Source: an uncultured Gemmatimonadales bacterium (lineage in GTDB: Bacteria; Gemmatimonadota; Gemmatimonadetes; Longimicrobiales; RSA9). Taken from it: a stretch of 64,000 nucleotides of DNA. The notes beneath the pieces are model-generated. The model was not told the DNA's origin, made no database searches, and worked only from the letters and a program-made list of their open reading frames with translations. Shown one piece after another: positions 10,258 to 20,136 of the stretch. A program made the translations under genes and the position numbers. Within the stretch, counting starts at the first letter, position 1, and the number at the start of each line of letters is the position of its first letter. Location of the stretch: NCBI GenBank assembly GCA_963708135.1, contig OY970192.1:352001-416000 (forward strand). The letters run 5' to 3'.

Positions 10258-10983
10258 ATGAACTTCGGCGCCTTCGAGGCGGTCGCCCGGAAGGTCTGGG
10301 ACGAGATCCCGGCGGGGTACCGCGAGGGGGTGGACGGCCTCGTCGTCGAGCGCAACGCCCTGCGCCACCCGGACCGGCGCGGGATCTACACCCTCGGCGA
10401 ATGCCGCACGGAGGAATGGCCCTCGGGCTACGAGGGGCCGGAGACCACGCGTTCCGTGCTCGTCCTCTACTGGGGCTCCTTCCGCCAGCTCGCGCGCGAC
10501 GACCCGGACTTCGACTGGCAGGCCGAGATCTGGGAGACCGTCACCCACGAGCTGCGCCACCACCTCGAGTCGCTGGCCTCCGAGGACGCCCTCGAGGACG
10601 TGGACTACGCCGCCGAGGAGAACTTCAAGCGACAGGACGGCGCCGCCTTCGATCCCTTCTTCTTCCGCGCCGGCGACTCCAGCGCGCCGGGCGTCTACGA
10701 GGTCGACGAGGACGTCTTCATCGAGCGCCCGCTCCCGCCCGGCGCGCCGCCCGCCACGGTCGAGTTCCGGGCCGACGACCGCCGCTACCGGGTTCGCGTG
10801 CCGGCCGATCCAGGCGACGTCTGCTTCCTCCTCGTCACCCGCGGCCTTCCCCGCCCGCGCGGCGCCGGCACCCTCACCATCGTGCTCACCCGCCGGCGCG
10901 GCTGGAGGGAGTCGCTGCGGGGCATCCTCCAGCGGCGCGCGGCGCGCGTGGTCGAGGGCGAGGTCGCGGCCGAGCCCGCCTGA
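10258..10983 (+). CDS. zincin-like metallopeptidase family protein
   Basis: WETVTHELRHH motif, LVLYWGSF. Confidence 0.7.
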   Translation: MNFGAFEAVARKVWDEIPAGYREGVDGLVVERNALRHPDRRGIYTLGECRTEEWPSGYEGPETTRSVLVLYWGSFRQLARDDPDFDWQAEIWETVTHELRHHLESLASEDALEDVDYAAEENFKRQDGAAFDPFFFRAGDSSAPGVYEVDEDVFIERPLPPGAPPATVEFRADDRRYRVRVPADPGDVCFLLVTRGLPRPRGAGTLTIVLTRRRGWRESLRGILQRRAARVVEGEVAAEPA

Positions 10984-11032
10984 GGCCGCCCTCCCTGTCC
11001 CGGCCGGCACGATCCTCGTATCATGCGCCGGC

Positions 11033-11899
11033 ATGCCCGAACCTGTCACGGAGCCGCGCCCGCGCGCGCGACTGACACCCTACGAGCTGGTGTTCGGCGA
11101 GGAGAGCTTCGAGGCGGAGCTGTTCCCGTCGTTGCGGGACGAGCTCGAGGCGCGCGGCGCCTGGAGCACGGACCCGGACGCGTTCGCGCTCCTGGCGACC
11201 GTGGGTGACGCGCTCCGTCGCCTGGCGCCCGCTCCGGCGCCGGAAGAGGAGCGGGCGGCGCCGCCGTCGCGGACGCGCGAGCTCGGCCGGCTGCTCTTCC
11301 ACGCCTACCACTTCTGGCGCTTCGGCCGCGTGCTGCTGCTGCTCGGCGAGGAGCGGGCGCGCGCGCTCGCGGCCGCCCCGCCCGTAGTGGGCTCGTGGAG
11401 CCTCACGGCGCCCGCTCCCGCCGGCTACCTCCAGCTTCCGCGCCACCTGTTCTGGGCGCGCGTCGCGGAGGGCATGCCGGCCGAGCCGGTGGACGGCTTC
11501 TTCTGGACGCTGCTCGGTGCGCGGGAGCCGGACCGGCCGCCTTACCCGCGCCTCGACGTGCTGCTCGCGCTGGGGCTGCGGCCGGGGCGCCCGGGGCTCA
11601 GCGTGCTGGACGCGGGAGCGGCCCTGCCGCCGGACGGTCACTGGGCGGACATGGAGGCGCGCCCCGGCGGCGGCGACTTCTCGAACGTGCTGCCGGGTGG
11701 AGAGGCGTCCGGGCTGCACGCGCTGGTCACCCGCGCGGAGGCGCTGAAGCTCGCCTCGCGCGCCTTCCACGCGGCCGCGCGGCCGGGCGGGCTCGGTCCC
11801 GAGGAGCGTGCGGAGGCGCCCGCCACGCCTCCCGGGCCGCAGGCGCTGCCGGCGTCGGCGCTGGTGTACCGGCGCATCGGGGGCTCAGGCGATGGATAG
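11033..11899 (+). CDS. hypothetical protein
   Basis: 288-aa ORF with host codon usage, overlapping the polX start. Confidence 0.7.
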   Translation: MPEPVTEPRPRARLTPYELVFGEESFEAELFPSLRDELEARGAWSTDPDAFALLATVGDALRRLAPAPAPEEERAAPPSRTRELGRLLFHAYHFWRFGRVLLLLGEERARALAAAPPVVGSWSLTAPAPAGYLQLPRHLFWARVAEGMPAEPVDGFFWTLLGAREPDRPPYPRLDVLLALGLRPGRPGLSVLDAGAALPPDGHWADMEARPGGGDFSNVLPGGEASGLHALVTRAEALKLASRAFHAAARPGGLGPEERAEAPATPPGPQALPASALVYRRIGGSGDG

Positions 11900-13619
11900 G
11901 CATGCGGCCGCGCTGGTCCTGAACGACATAGGCACGCTGCTGGAGCTCCAGGGCGAGGACCGGTTTCGCGCGCAGGCGTTCCGCGCGGCGGCGCGCGCGC
12001 TGGACGCGGTGGAAGGGGAGCTCGAGGCGCTGGTGCGCGACGGCGGGCTGGAGGCGCTGCCGGGCCTCGGTCCGGCCACGGCGGGCGTCGTGCGGGATCT
12101 GGTCGAGCACGGCGAGTCGAGCATGCACCGGCGGCTGCGCCAGCGCACGCCGAGCGGGCTGGTCGAGATGCTGGCCGTGCCGGGGCTCGGCGCGCGCCGG
12201 ATCCACCTGCTCCACGAGGCGCTCGGGGTGGACACGCTGGAGGACCTCGAGCGTGCCGCACAGGAGGGCAGTATCGCGGCGCTGGCCGGCTTCGGCGCCA
12301 GGTCGCAGGCCCAGATCCTGGCCGGGGTCGGCTTCGTGCGCGGCACGGCGGGCCGGGTCCGCCAGCCGGAGGCGTTCCGCCTCTCCGCCTGGCTGATCGG
12401 GCACCTCGAGGGGCTGGACGCGGTGCGCCGGGTGCAGCTCGCGGGTGCGCTGCGCCGTCGCATGGAGACGGTGGCCGGCGTGGACGTGGTGGTGGAGACG
12501 CGCGCCCCCGACGTCGTCGTGAAGGCGCTGCTCGAGCTGCCGGGCGCTTCCGGCGCGCGCCGGACCGGCCCGGCTTCGGCCGCGGCGCGCTTCTCCGATG
12601 GCGTGGAGCTGCGCCTCTCGTGCGCGGCGCCCGAGTCGTTCGCCGCGGCCTGGATCTACGCCACCGGGAATGAGGCGCACGTGAAGGCGCTCGAGGAGCG
12701 GGCGCGCTCGCGCGGCCTGGAGCTCTCGGCCGCGGGCCTCGTGCGCGCCGGGGAGCCCGTGCCGCTCGAGGACGAGCTCCAGCTCTACCAGGCGCTCGGG
12801 CTGGCGTGGCTCGCGCCCGAGCTGCGCGAGGGGACGGACGAGGTGGCGCGCGCGGCCGGCGGCGGGCTGCCCGACCTGGTGGACGGCCGCCAGCTGCACG
12901 GCTGCTTCCACTGCCACACCACGTACAGCGATGGCAAGGCGACGGTGCACGAGATGGCCGGCGCGGCCCGCGCCCGCGGCTGGCGCTACCTGGGGATCGC
13001 CGACCACTCGCGCGCGGCCGGCTACGCGGGCGGGCTCACGCCCGAGGAGATCGAGCGGCAGCACGGCGAGATCGACGCCTGGAACGAGGCCCACGGCGAG
13101 GACCTCTGGCTGTTCAAGGGCATCGAGGCGGACATCCTGCCCGACGGCACCCTCGACTACGCCGATGAGGGCGATCTGCTCGACCGCTTCGACTACGTGG
13201 TCGGCTCCATCCACTCCGGGTTCGGCCGCTCCGGGCGCGAGATGACCGCGCGCGTGCTGCGCGCGCTGGAGGATCCGCGGCTCACGTTCCTCGGTCACCC
13301 CACGGGCCGGCTCCTCCTCTCGCGGGAGGGGTACCCGCTGGACGTCGAGGCGGTGCTCGAGGCCGCGGCCCGGCTCCGGGCCGGCATCGAGATCAACGCG
13401 GACCCGCATCGCCTCGACCTCGACTGGCGCTGGTGGCGCCGCGCCGCCGGGCTGGGCGTGCGCTGCGCGATCAACCCGGACGCGCATTCGACGGCCGGGC
13501 TCGACAACGTCGAGTACGGCGTCGGCATGGCCCGCAAGGGCTGGCTCCAGCACCAGGACGTGGTGAACGCCTGGGACCTGGTCAGCGTACAGCAGTTCTT
13601 CCACGCGAGAGCGACCTGA
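11892..13619 (+). CDS. polX: PolX-family/PHP-domain protein, polymerase site degenerate
   Basis: HhH motifs (LPGLG, VPGLG), YATGN, LAPELRE, PHP motifs HCHTTYSDG, ADHS, IEAD, GSIH, GHPTGR, NPDAH. Confidence 0.88.
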   Translation: MDRHAAALVLNDIGTLLELQGEDRFRAQAFRAAARALDAVEGELEALVRDGGLEALPGLGPATAGVVRDLVEHGESSMHRRLRQRTPSGLVEMLAVPGLGARRIHLLHEALGVDTLEDLERAAQEGSIAALAGFGARSQAQILAGVGFVRGTAGRVRQPEAFRLSAWLIGHLEGLDAVRRVQLAGALRRRMETVAGVDVVVETRAPDVVVKALLELPGASGARRTGPASAAARFSDGVELRLSCAAPESFAAAWIYATGNEAHVKALEERARSRGLELSAAGLVRAGEPVPLEDELQLYQALGLAWLAPELREGTDEVARAAGGGLPDLVDGRQLHGCFHCHTTYSDGKATVHEMAGAARARGWRYLGIADHSRAAGYAGGLTPEEIERQHGEIDAWNEAHGEDLWLFKGIEADILPDGTLDYADEGDLLDRFDYVVGSIHSGFGRSGREMTARVLRALEDPRLTFLGHPTGRLLLSREGYPLDVEAVLEAAARLRAGIEINADPHRLDLDWRWWRRAAGLGVRCAINPDAHSTAGLDNVEYGVGMARKGWLQHQDVVNAWDLVSVQQFFHARAT

Positions 13620-14398
13620 TGGCGCGAGACACCGCAGCGAAGCCGGCGGCGAGCTCCACTCCGAAGGACGGGCGGGCAGGGAAGAAGACGGCCCCGAAAG
13701 CCGGCGCCGCCTCGGCGAGGGCCACGCCCGGGCGGCCGGCGGGACGCGGTGGCCGCGAGAGCGCGGCGGCAAAGAAGGCGCGCGCGGCGGAGATCGTGCG
13801 TCGCCTGCACGCACAGTATCCGGGGGCGAAGTGCTCGCTCACGCACGCGGACCCGTATCAGCTCCTCGTCGCCACGATCCTCTCGGCGCAGTGCACGGAC
13901 GAGCGGGTGAACCAGGTCACCCCGGCGCTGTTCCGTCGCTTTCCCGACGCGGAGTCGCTCGCCGGCGCGAAGCCGGAGGAGGTCGAGGAGCTGATCCGCT
14001 CGACTGGTTTCTTCCGCAACAAGACGAAGAGCCTGCTCGGCATGGCGGACGCCGTCGTGGAGCGGCACGGCGGCCGGATCCCCGACACCATGGACGCGCT
14101 CGTGGAGCTGCCGGGCGTCGGGCGGAAGACGGCCAACGTCGTGCTCGGCAACGCCTTCGGCAAGAACGTCGGCGTGGTCGTGGACACCCACGTGAAGCGG
14201 CTGACCGGTCGCCTCGGGCTCACCCTGCAGAAGGACCCCGAGAGGATCGAGCAGGACCTGATGAAGCTCGTGCCGCGGCAGGAGTGGACGGACCTCTCGC
14301 ACCTCTTCATCGACCACGGCCGCGCCGTCTGCAAGGCGCCCACGCCGCGCTGCGAGGCCTGCGTGCTGAGCGAGCTCTGCCCGTCCTCGCGGGTGTGA
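13619..14398 (+). CDS. nth: endonuclease III
   Basis: LSAQCTD, LPGVGRKTANVV, VDTH, CKAPTPRCEACVLSELC 4Fe-4S motif. Confidence 0.95.
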   Translation: MARDTAAKPAASSTPKDGRAGKKTAPKAGAASARATPGRPAGRGGRESAAAKKARAAEIVRRLHAQYPGAKCSLTHADPYQLLVATILSAQCTDERVNQVTPALFRRFPDAESLAGAKPEEVEELIRSTGFFRNKTKSLLGMADAVVERHGGRIPDTMDALVELPGVGRKTANVVLGNAFGKNVGVVVDTHVKRLTGRLGLTLQKDPERIEQDLMKLVPRQEWTDLSHLFIDHGRAVCKAPTPRCEACVLSELCPSSRV

Positions 14399-14517
14399 GG
14401 CGGAACCGACCCGACGCGGGATGCGGGGTGCGTGGTGAAGCGCGCGCGCGCCCCGAGACGGCCGAGCCCCTGGCGGCACGCCCGATGATCACACCATGCC
14501 ATGACCAGGAGAACACG

Positions 14518-14997
14518 ATGAACACGGACGCCAAGGAGACCCTGCTCAAGCTCGTGCCCTACGGCATGTACGCCATTGGCGTGCGCCGGGGCGAGGAGCG
14601 GAACGCCTTCACGGCCAACTGGCTGATGCAGTGCTCCTTCGAGCCCGTGCTCGTCGCGCTCGCCGTCGAGAACGACGGCCGCTCGATCGCGATGATGCGC
14701 GAGTCGGGGGTCTTCGCCGTCAGCGTCTACTCGGCGGCGCAGCGCCGCCAGGCCGGGCGCCTGGCGCGACCCGCCGCGCGCGCGCCGGAGAAGCTCCAGG
14801 AGATGCAGTACCGCGACGGCACAGCCACGGGCGCGCCGGTCCTGACCGGCACGCTCGGCTACCTCGAGTGCCGCATCGTCGCCGAGCAGGCGGCGGGGGA
14901 CCACACGCTCTTCATCGGCGAGGTGGTGGAGGCGGAGGTGCTCGAGGCGGGCGATCCGCTCGAGATCCACGAGGCCGGCTACAGCTACTCCGGCTGA
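14518..14997 (+). CDS. flavin reductase family protein
   Basis: NAFTANW.MQCSFEP, YLEC, GDHTLFIGEV; AGGAG RBS. Confidence 0.88.
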   Translation: MNTDAKETLLKLVPYGMYAIGVRRGEERNAFTANWLMQCSFEPVLVALAVENDGRSIAMMRESGVFAVSVYSAAQRRQAGRLARPAARAPEKLQEMQYRDGTATGAPVLTGTLGYLECRIVAEQAAGDHTLFIGEVVEAEVLEAGDPLEIHEAGYSYSG

Positions 14998-15039
14998 CGG
15001 GCGGCGAAGTCCGCCACACTCCCGGAATCCGGAGCGCGC

Positions 15040-17130
15040 ATGCCGCAGGACCCGATGCCCACACTGGCCGACTCGCGGAGCCCGTTCCTCCGCCACGGCG
15101 CCACGCAGCCCGTCAGCTGGATGCCGTGGGGCGAGGAGGCGTTCGAGCGCGCGCGTCGCGCGGCCCGGCCGATCCTGCTCGACATCGGCGCGGTCTGGTG
15201 CCACTGGTGCCACGTCATGGACCGCGAGAGCTACGAGGACCCGGAGACGGCCCGCCTCGTGAACGAGCTCTTCGTGCCGGTAAAGGTGGACCGCGACGAG
15301 CGGCCCGACGTGGATGCCCGCTACCAGCGCGCCGTGCAGGCCATCTCCGGCCAGGGCGGCTGGCCGCTCACCGCGTTCCTCACGCCGGAGGGCGAGGTCT
15401 TCTACGGCGGCACGTATTTCCCGCCCGTGGACGGCTACGGCCGGCCCTCCTTCAAGCGGGTGCTGGCCGAGATCGCCCGGCTCTGGCGCGACGACCGCGC
15501 CCGCGCCCTCGAGGGTGCCCGCTCCGTCCGCGAGCGCCTCGCCTCCTTCGAGCGCGCCGAGACCGAGGCGGGCGAGGTCGGCGCTCCGCTCGTGGATCAC
15601 GCCGTCGAGGAGCTCGCGCGCGCGTTCGACTTCCGCTGGGGCGGTTTCGGCTCCGCGCCGAAATTTCCGAATGCCGGCGCGCTGCTGCTCGTCCTCGACC
15701 GCTGGCTCGACGAGGGCGAGGACTGGGCGCTCCGGATCGTCCGCGAGAGCCTCGCGGCCATGGCGCGCGGCGGCATCCACGACCACCTGGGCGGAGGGTT
15801 CCACCGCTACGCCACCGATGCGAGGTGGCTGATCCCCCACTTCGAGAAGATGGCCTACGACAACGGCACCCTCCTCGAGGCCTACGCCCGTGCGGCCGCC
15901 GCGCTCGACGATCCCCTGCTGCGTGACACCGCGGCAGGGATCGTCGCGCACTACCGCGACGTGGCGCCGGCACTCCTCGAGGCCGGCGGCTTCCCCGCCT
16001 CCCAGGACGCGGACCACTCGCCGGATGACGACGGCGACTACTGGACCTGGACCGGCCCGGAGGTCAGGGCCGCCGCGGGCGGCGACGACCGCCTCGCCCG
16101 GGCCGCCACGCTGCGCTGGGGCCTCGAGCGCGTGGACACGGCCATGTCCCACGACCCCGCGCGCCACGTGCTGGCGGTCAGCGCGGAGATCGAGGAGATC
16201 GCGACGGCGCTCGGCACGGACGCGGCGGAGGCGGCCGCCCTCGTCGCCTCGGCGGCGGAGCGCATGAAGGCGGCGCGGGATGCTCGCCCGCGCCCGTTCG
16301 TCGATGAGACGCTCTACGCCGGCTGGGTCGCGCTCGTCGCCTCGGGCCATATCGCGGCCGCGCGGCACCTCGGGATGGAGGACGCGGGACGGGCCGCGCT
16401 GCGCGCGCTCGAGCGCCTCTGGGAGGAGGCCTTCGATGTCGAGGACGGGTTCTCCCACCGGGTCGGCGATGGCGGCGCGGGCGCCTACCTCGAGGACCAG
16501 GCCCTCGCCGCCCAGGCGCTGCTCGACGCCTTCGAGTGGACGCAGGACCCGCGCTGGCTGGAGCGAGCCACGCGCGCGGCCGAGGTGCTGCTGGCCCGAT
16601 TCCGCGACGACGACGGCGCCTTCCGCGACCGCCCCGCCGATGACGCCGCGCCCGCCCGCCCGCTCTCGGAGCCGCACCGCCCGATCCAAGACGCGCCCGC
16701 GCCCTCCGGCAACGCCGTGGCCGCGCTCGTCCTGCTCCGCCTCGACGCCTTGCTGCACGAGCCGCGCTGGGCGGAGGCCGCGCGCGCCACGCTTGCCGCC
16801 TTCGCGGGCTCCGCGCCACGCATGGGCACCGCTGCCGCCACCTACATCCGCGCCGTGGACTGGGCCACCGCGCCCGTGACGAGCGTCGTCATCGTAGGCG
16901 ACGTGGGGGACGCCGCCGCCGACGCGCTCCTCGCCACGGCCCTGCGCACCTACCGTCCCCGCACCGTCGTGCGCCGCTTCGCGCCCGGCGCCGTTGAGCC
17001 GGAGCGGCTCGCGCCGGAGCTGCGCGCCATGGTCGGCGCCGAGGCGCCGCGCGCGTACGTCTGCGCGGGCCGCACCTGCGCCGCGCCGGTCTCGGACGCC
17101 GCCGCACTCGCCCAGCTGCTGCGAGCATGA
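15040..17130 (+). CDS. thioredoxin-domain protein, YyaL/SSP411 family
   Basis: SPFL, WCHWCHVM, KVDRDERPD, GGWPLT, GGFGSAPKFP, PHFEKM. Confidence 0.92.
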   Translation: MPQDPMPTLADSRSPFLRHGATQPVSWMPWGEEAFERARRAARPILLDIGAVWCHWCHVMDRESYEDPETARLVNELFVPVKVDRDERPDVDARYQRAVQAISGQGGWPLTAFLTPEGEVFYGGTYFPPVDGYGRPSFKRVLAEIARLWRDDRARALEGARSVRERLASFERAETEAGEVGAPLVDHAVEELARAFDFRWGGFGSAPKFPNAGALLLVLDRWLDEGEDWALRIVRESLAAMARGGIHDHLGGGFHRYATDARWLIPHFEKMAYDNGTLLEAYARAAAALDDPLLRDTAAGIVAHYRDVAPALLEAGGFPASQDADHSPDDDGDYWTWTGPEVRAAAGGDDRLARAATLRWGLERVDTAMSHDPARHVLAVSAEIEEIATALGTDAAEAAALVASAAERMKAARDARPRPFVDETLYAGWVALVASGHIAAARHLGMEDAGRAALRALERLWEEAFDVEDGFSHRVGDGGAGAYLEDQALAAQALLDAFEWTQDPRWLERATRAAEVLLARFRDDDGAFRDRPADDAAPARPLSEPHRPIQDAPAPSGNAVAALVLLRLDALLHEPRWAEAARATLAAFAGSAPRMGTAAATYIRAVDWATAPVTSVVIVGDVGDAAADALLATALRTYRPRTVVRRFAPGAVEPERLAPELRAMVGAEAPRAYVCAGRTCAAPVSDAAALAQLLRA

Positions 17131-18251
17131 GCGCCCCCGCGAGCATGCTCGCCGCCGAGCTGGTGCGTCCCGGCCACGTCGAGCTCCGGGAGGCGCCGCG
17201 GCCGGAGCCGGGCCCCGGCGAGCTGGTCGTCCGCACCGACGTCGCCCTCACGTGCGGCACGGACCTCAAGACGTTCCGCCGCGGCCACCCCCGCATCCCG
17301 CTCCCCACGCCGATGGGCCACGAGCTGGCCGGCACGGTCGCGGCGGTCGGCGCGGGCGTGACCGCTTTCCATGAAGGCGATGCCCTCGCCCTCGTGCCCA
17401 CCGCGCCGTGCGGCGAGTGTCGGCTGTGTCGGCGCGGCCGCGAGAGCCTGTGCCCGCACGCCGTCGGCGAGATGGTGTTCGGTGCGTTCGCCGGCTACGT
17501 GCGGCTGCCGCGTCGCCTGGTGGAGGCGAACGTGTTCGCCCGTCCGGCCAGCATGGACGCGGTGACGGCCGCCGGGCTCGAGCCACTCGCGTGCGTGGTG
17601 CACGGCGCGGGGCGCGTGCGGCTGGAGGAGGCCGAGCGCATCGTGCTCCTCGGCGATGGGCCGATCGCGCTCCTGTTCCTCCAGCTGGCCCGCGCGCGTG
17701 GCGCCGGCGCCGTGCTGCTCGCGGGCCGGCACGCCGTGCGGCTCGAGGCCGCGCGCGCCCTCGGCGCGGACGAGGTGGTGGATGTCGGAAGCGGCGAGCC
17801 CGACGGTGCGGCGCCGCGCGGGCCGGCGGGAGCCTCCGGCACCCCGGCCGGGGCGCCGGCGTCCGCGCCGGGCGAGGACCTCCGCGAGGCGGTGGCCCGC
17901 TGGACCGGCGGCGTGGGCGCGGACCTCGTGGTCGAGTGCATCGGCACCCCGCAGACCTGGCGGCAGGCCTTCGACCTCGCCGCCACCGGCGGGCAGGCGC
18001 TCTTCTACGGCGGCTGTGCCGCGGGCGCCGAGGTCACCCTCGATGCGGAGCGGCTGCACTACGGCGAGGTCGATGCGCTCGGCGCGTTCCACTACGGCCG
18101 CGCCGACGTCCGTCGCGCGCTCGCGTTGCTCGAGGAGGGCGTCGTCCGCATCGCGCCGCTCGTCACGCACGAGCGCCCGCTCGCCCGCCTCGACGAGGCC
18201 CTCGAGCTCGCGCTCTCGCGCGAGGCCATCAAGGTGGCGGTGCGGCCATGA
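17127..18251 (+). CDS. zinc-dependent alcohol dehydrogenase (MDR family)
   Basis: CGTD, GHE, CGECRLC..C, GDGPI. Confidence 0.88.
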   Translation: MSAPASMLAAELVRPGHVELREAPRPEPGPGELVVRTDVALTCGTDLKTFRRGHPRIPLPTPMGHELAGTVAAVGAGVTAFHEGDALALVPTAPCGECRLCRRGRESLCPHAVGEMVFGAFAGYVRLPRRLVEANVFARPASMDAVTAAGLEPLACVVHGAGRVRLEEAERIVLLGDGPIALLFLQLARARGAGAVLLAGRHAVRLEAARALGADEVVDVGSGEPDGAAPRGPAGASGTPAGAPASAPGEDLREAVARWTGGVGADLVVECIGTPQTWRQAFDLAATGGQALFYGGCAAGAEVTLDAERLHYGEVDALGAFHYGRADVRRALALLEEGVVRIAPLVTHERPLARLDEALELALSREAIKVAVRP

Positions 18252-19369
18252 CGGGCGCCGGCGGGAGCGCGCGTGCCGGCTCGCAGCCCGGGCCGCGAGC
18301 CGTGCCGCCGCCGGCGTCGCCCGGGGCGATCCCGGACACCATGCGCGCCGCTCGCCTGTACGCCTGGGACGACGTCCGCGTGGAGCACGTGCCGGTCCCG
18401 CGACCCGGCCCCGGCGAGGCGCTCGTCCGCGTGGAGGCGTGCGGCGTCTGCGGCTCCGACGCGCTGACCTGGTACGTCGAGCGGAAGGCGCCCGTCGTCC
18501 TCGGCCACGAGCCCGCCGGCATCGTGGTGGAGGTCGGGGAGGGCGTCGCCCGGCCCGCCCTCGGCGAGCGCGTCTTCATCCACCACCACGCGCCCTGCAT
18601 GGCGTGCGAGGAGTGCCGCCGCGGCCTCTGGTCGAGCTGCGCGACGTGGCGCGCCAGCCGCCTCGACCCCGGCGGCTTCGCCGAGTACGTCCGCGTCCCG
18701 GCCGTCAACCTCGAGCGCGACACCCTCCCCCTGCCCGAGGCGATGTCGTTCGAGACCGCCACCTTCATCGAGCCGCTCGCCTGCTGCATCCGCGCGGTGC
18801 GCCGGCAGGGGGCGGTCGCGGAAGGCGACGTCGCCCTCATCGTCGGCCTCGGGGCCATGGGCCAGCTCATGCTCCAGCTGGCCCGCGCGTACGGCGCCCG
18901 TCTCGTGGCCGCGAGCGACTTCCTCCCCGACCGCCGCGCCCTCGCCCTCGAGCTCGGCGCCGACCACGCCTTCGATCCGGCAGCCGACGATCCCGCCGCC
19001 GCACTCCGCGCCCTCACCTGCGGCCGCGGCGCCGACGCCGTCGTCGTCTGCCCCGGCGACCTCCGCGCGATCGACGCCGGCGTGGCCGCCGCGGCGCCCG
19101 GCGGGCGAGTCGTCTGCTTCACCCCCCTCCCGCCCGACCGCCCCATCCACCTCGACCCCGCCGTCTACTTCCACGAGGTCACCCTCCTCCAGAGCTACTC
19201 CTGCGGCCCGGACGAGACCCGCGACGCGCTCCGCCTGCTGCACGAGGGACGCATCCGCGTGGATCCGCTCGTCACCCACCGCACCGGCCTCGACGGCGTC
19301 GGCGAAGCGCTGCTCCGCGCCGCCGGCAAGGGCGCCGGCCTCAAGACGATCGTCTTCCCGGGACGGTGA
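18248..19369 (+). CDS. zinc-dependent alcohol dehydrogenase (MDR family); alternative start 18341
   Basis: CGSD, GHE, CMACEEC..C, GLGAMG; ATGA coupling. Confidence 0.88.
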   Translation: MTGAGGSARAGSQPGPRAVPPPASPGAIPDTMRAARLYAWDDVRVEHVPVPRPGPGEALVRVEACGVCGSDALTWYVERKAPVVLGHEPAGIVVEVGEGVARPALGERVFIHHHAPCMACEECRRGLWSSCATWRASRLDPGGFAEYVRVPAVNLERDTLPLPEAMSFETATFIEPLACCIRAVRRQGAVAEGDVALIVGLGAMGQLMLQLARAYGARLVAASDFLPDRRALALELGADHAFDPAADDPAAALRALTCGRGADAVVVCPGDLRAIDAGVAAAAPGGRVVCFTPLPPDRPIHLDPAVYFHEVTLLQSYSCGPDETRDALRLLHEGRIRVDPLVTHRTGLDGVGEALLRAAGKGAGLKTIVFPGR

Positions 19370-19447
19370 GGGCGCCGCCCTGGCCGGCGCACGAATCTTG
19401 CCCACCTGATGGGTCGCAACTCACACCCCCACAAGGAGTTACCAATC

Positions 19448-20011
19448 ATGGCCTCCCTGAAAGGCAAGAAGATCGCGATCCTGGTGGACAACGGCTTCGA
19501 GCAGGTCGAGATGACCGAGCCGCGCAAGGCGCTGGACGACGCCGGCGCGCAGACGGTGCTCGTCTCGCCGCAGGACGGCAAGGTGAAGGGCTGGCAGCAC
19601 ACGGAGTGGGGCGACGAGTTCCCCGTGGACCTGAAGCTCGACCGGGCCAATCCCGACGACTTCGAGGCGCTGCTTCTGCCGGGCGGCGTCATGAACCCGG
19701 ACCATCTGCGCATGCGGCCCGCCGCCGTGAAGTTCGTGCGCGCCTTCTTCGACCAGAAGAAGCCGGTGGCGGCGATCTGCCACGGCCCGTGGATGCTCGT
19801 CGAGACGGGCGCCGCGAAGGGCCGCACCATCACCTCCTGGCCATCGCTCCAGACCGACATCCGGAACGCCGGCGGCACGTGGGTCGACCGCGAGGTCGTC
19901 GTGGACAACGGGCTCGTCACCAGCCGCAAGCCCGACGACATCCCGGCCTTCAACGGCAAGATGATCGAGGAGTTCGCCGAGGGCCGCCACGACCGTCAGC
20001 ACGCCGCCTGA
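19448..20011 (+). CDS. PfpI/DJ-1 family protein (type 1 glutamine amidotransferase-like)
   Basis: GFEQVE, LPGG, AICHGP, TSRKPDDIPAF; AAGGAG RBS. Confidence 0.92.
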   Translation: MASLKGKKIAILVDNGFEQVEMTEPRKALDDAGAQTVLVSPQDGKVKGWQHTEWGDEFPVDLKLDRANPDDFEALLLPGGVMNPDHLRMRPAAVKFVRAFFDQKKPVAAICHGPWMLVETGAAKGRTITSWPSLQTDIRNAGGTWVDREVVVDNGLVTSRKPDDIPAFNGKMIEEFAEGRHDRQHAA

Positions 20012-20136
20012 CCCCCTCGCTTTACAAGGAGGGCGACGCGCGTGCATCTTGGCCTCCCATCCCCGCCCGGCCGCCCAACCGTGAGCGGCGGCCGGGGGTG
20101 GGAGTGCGCAGCACGTCCGTTCGAAAGAGGAGCGCG

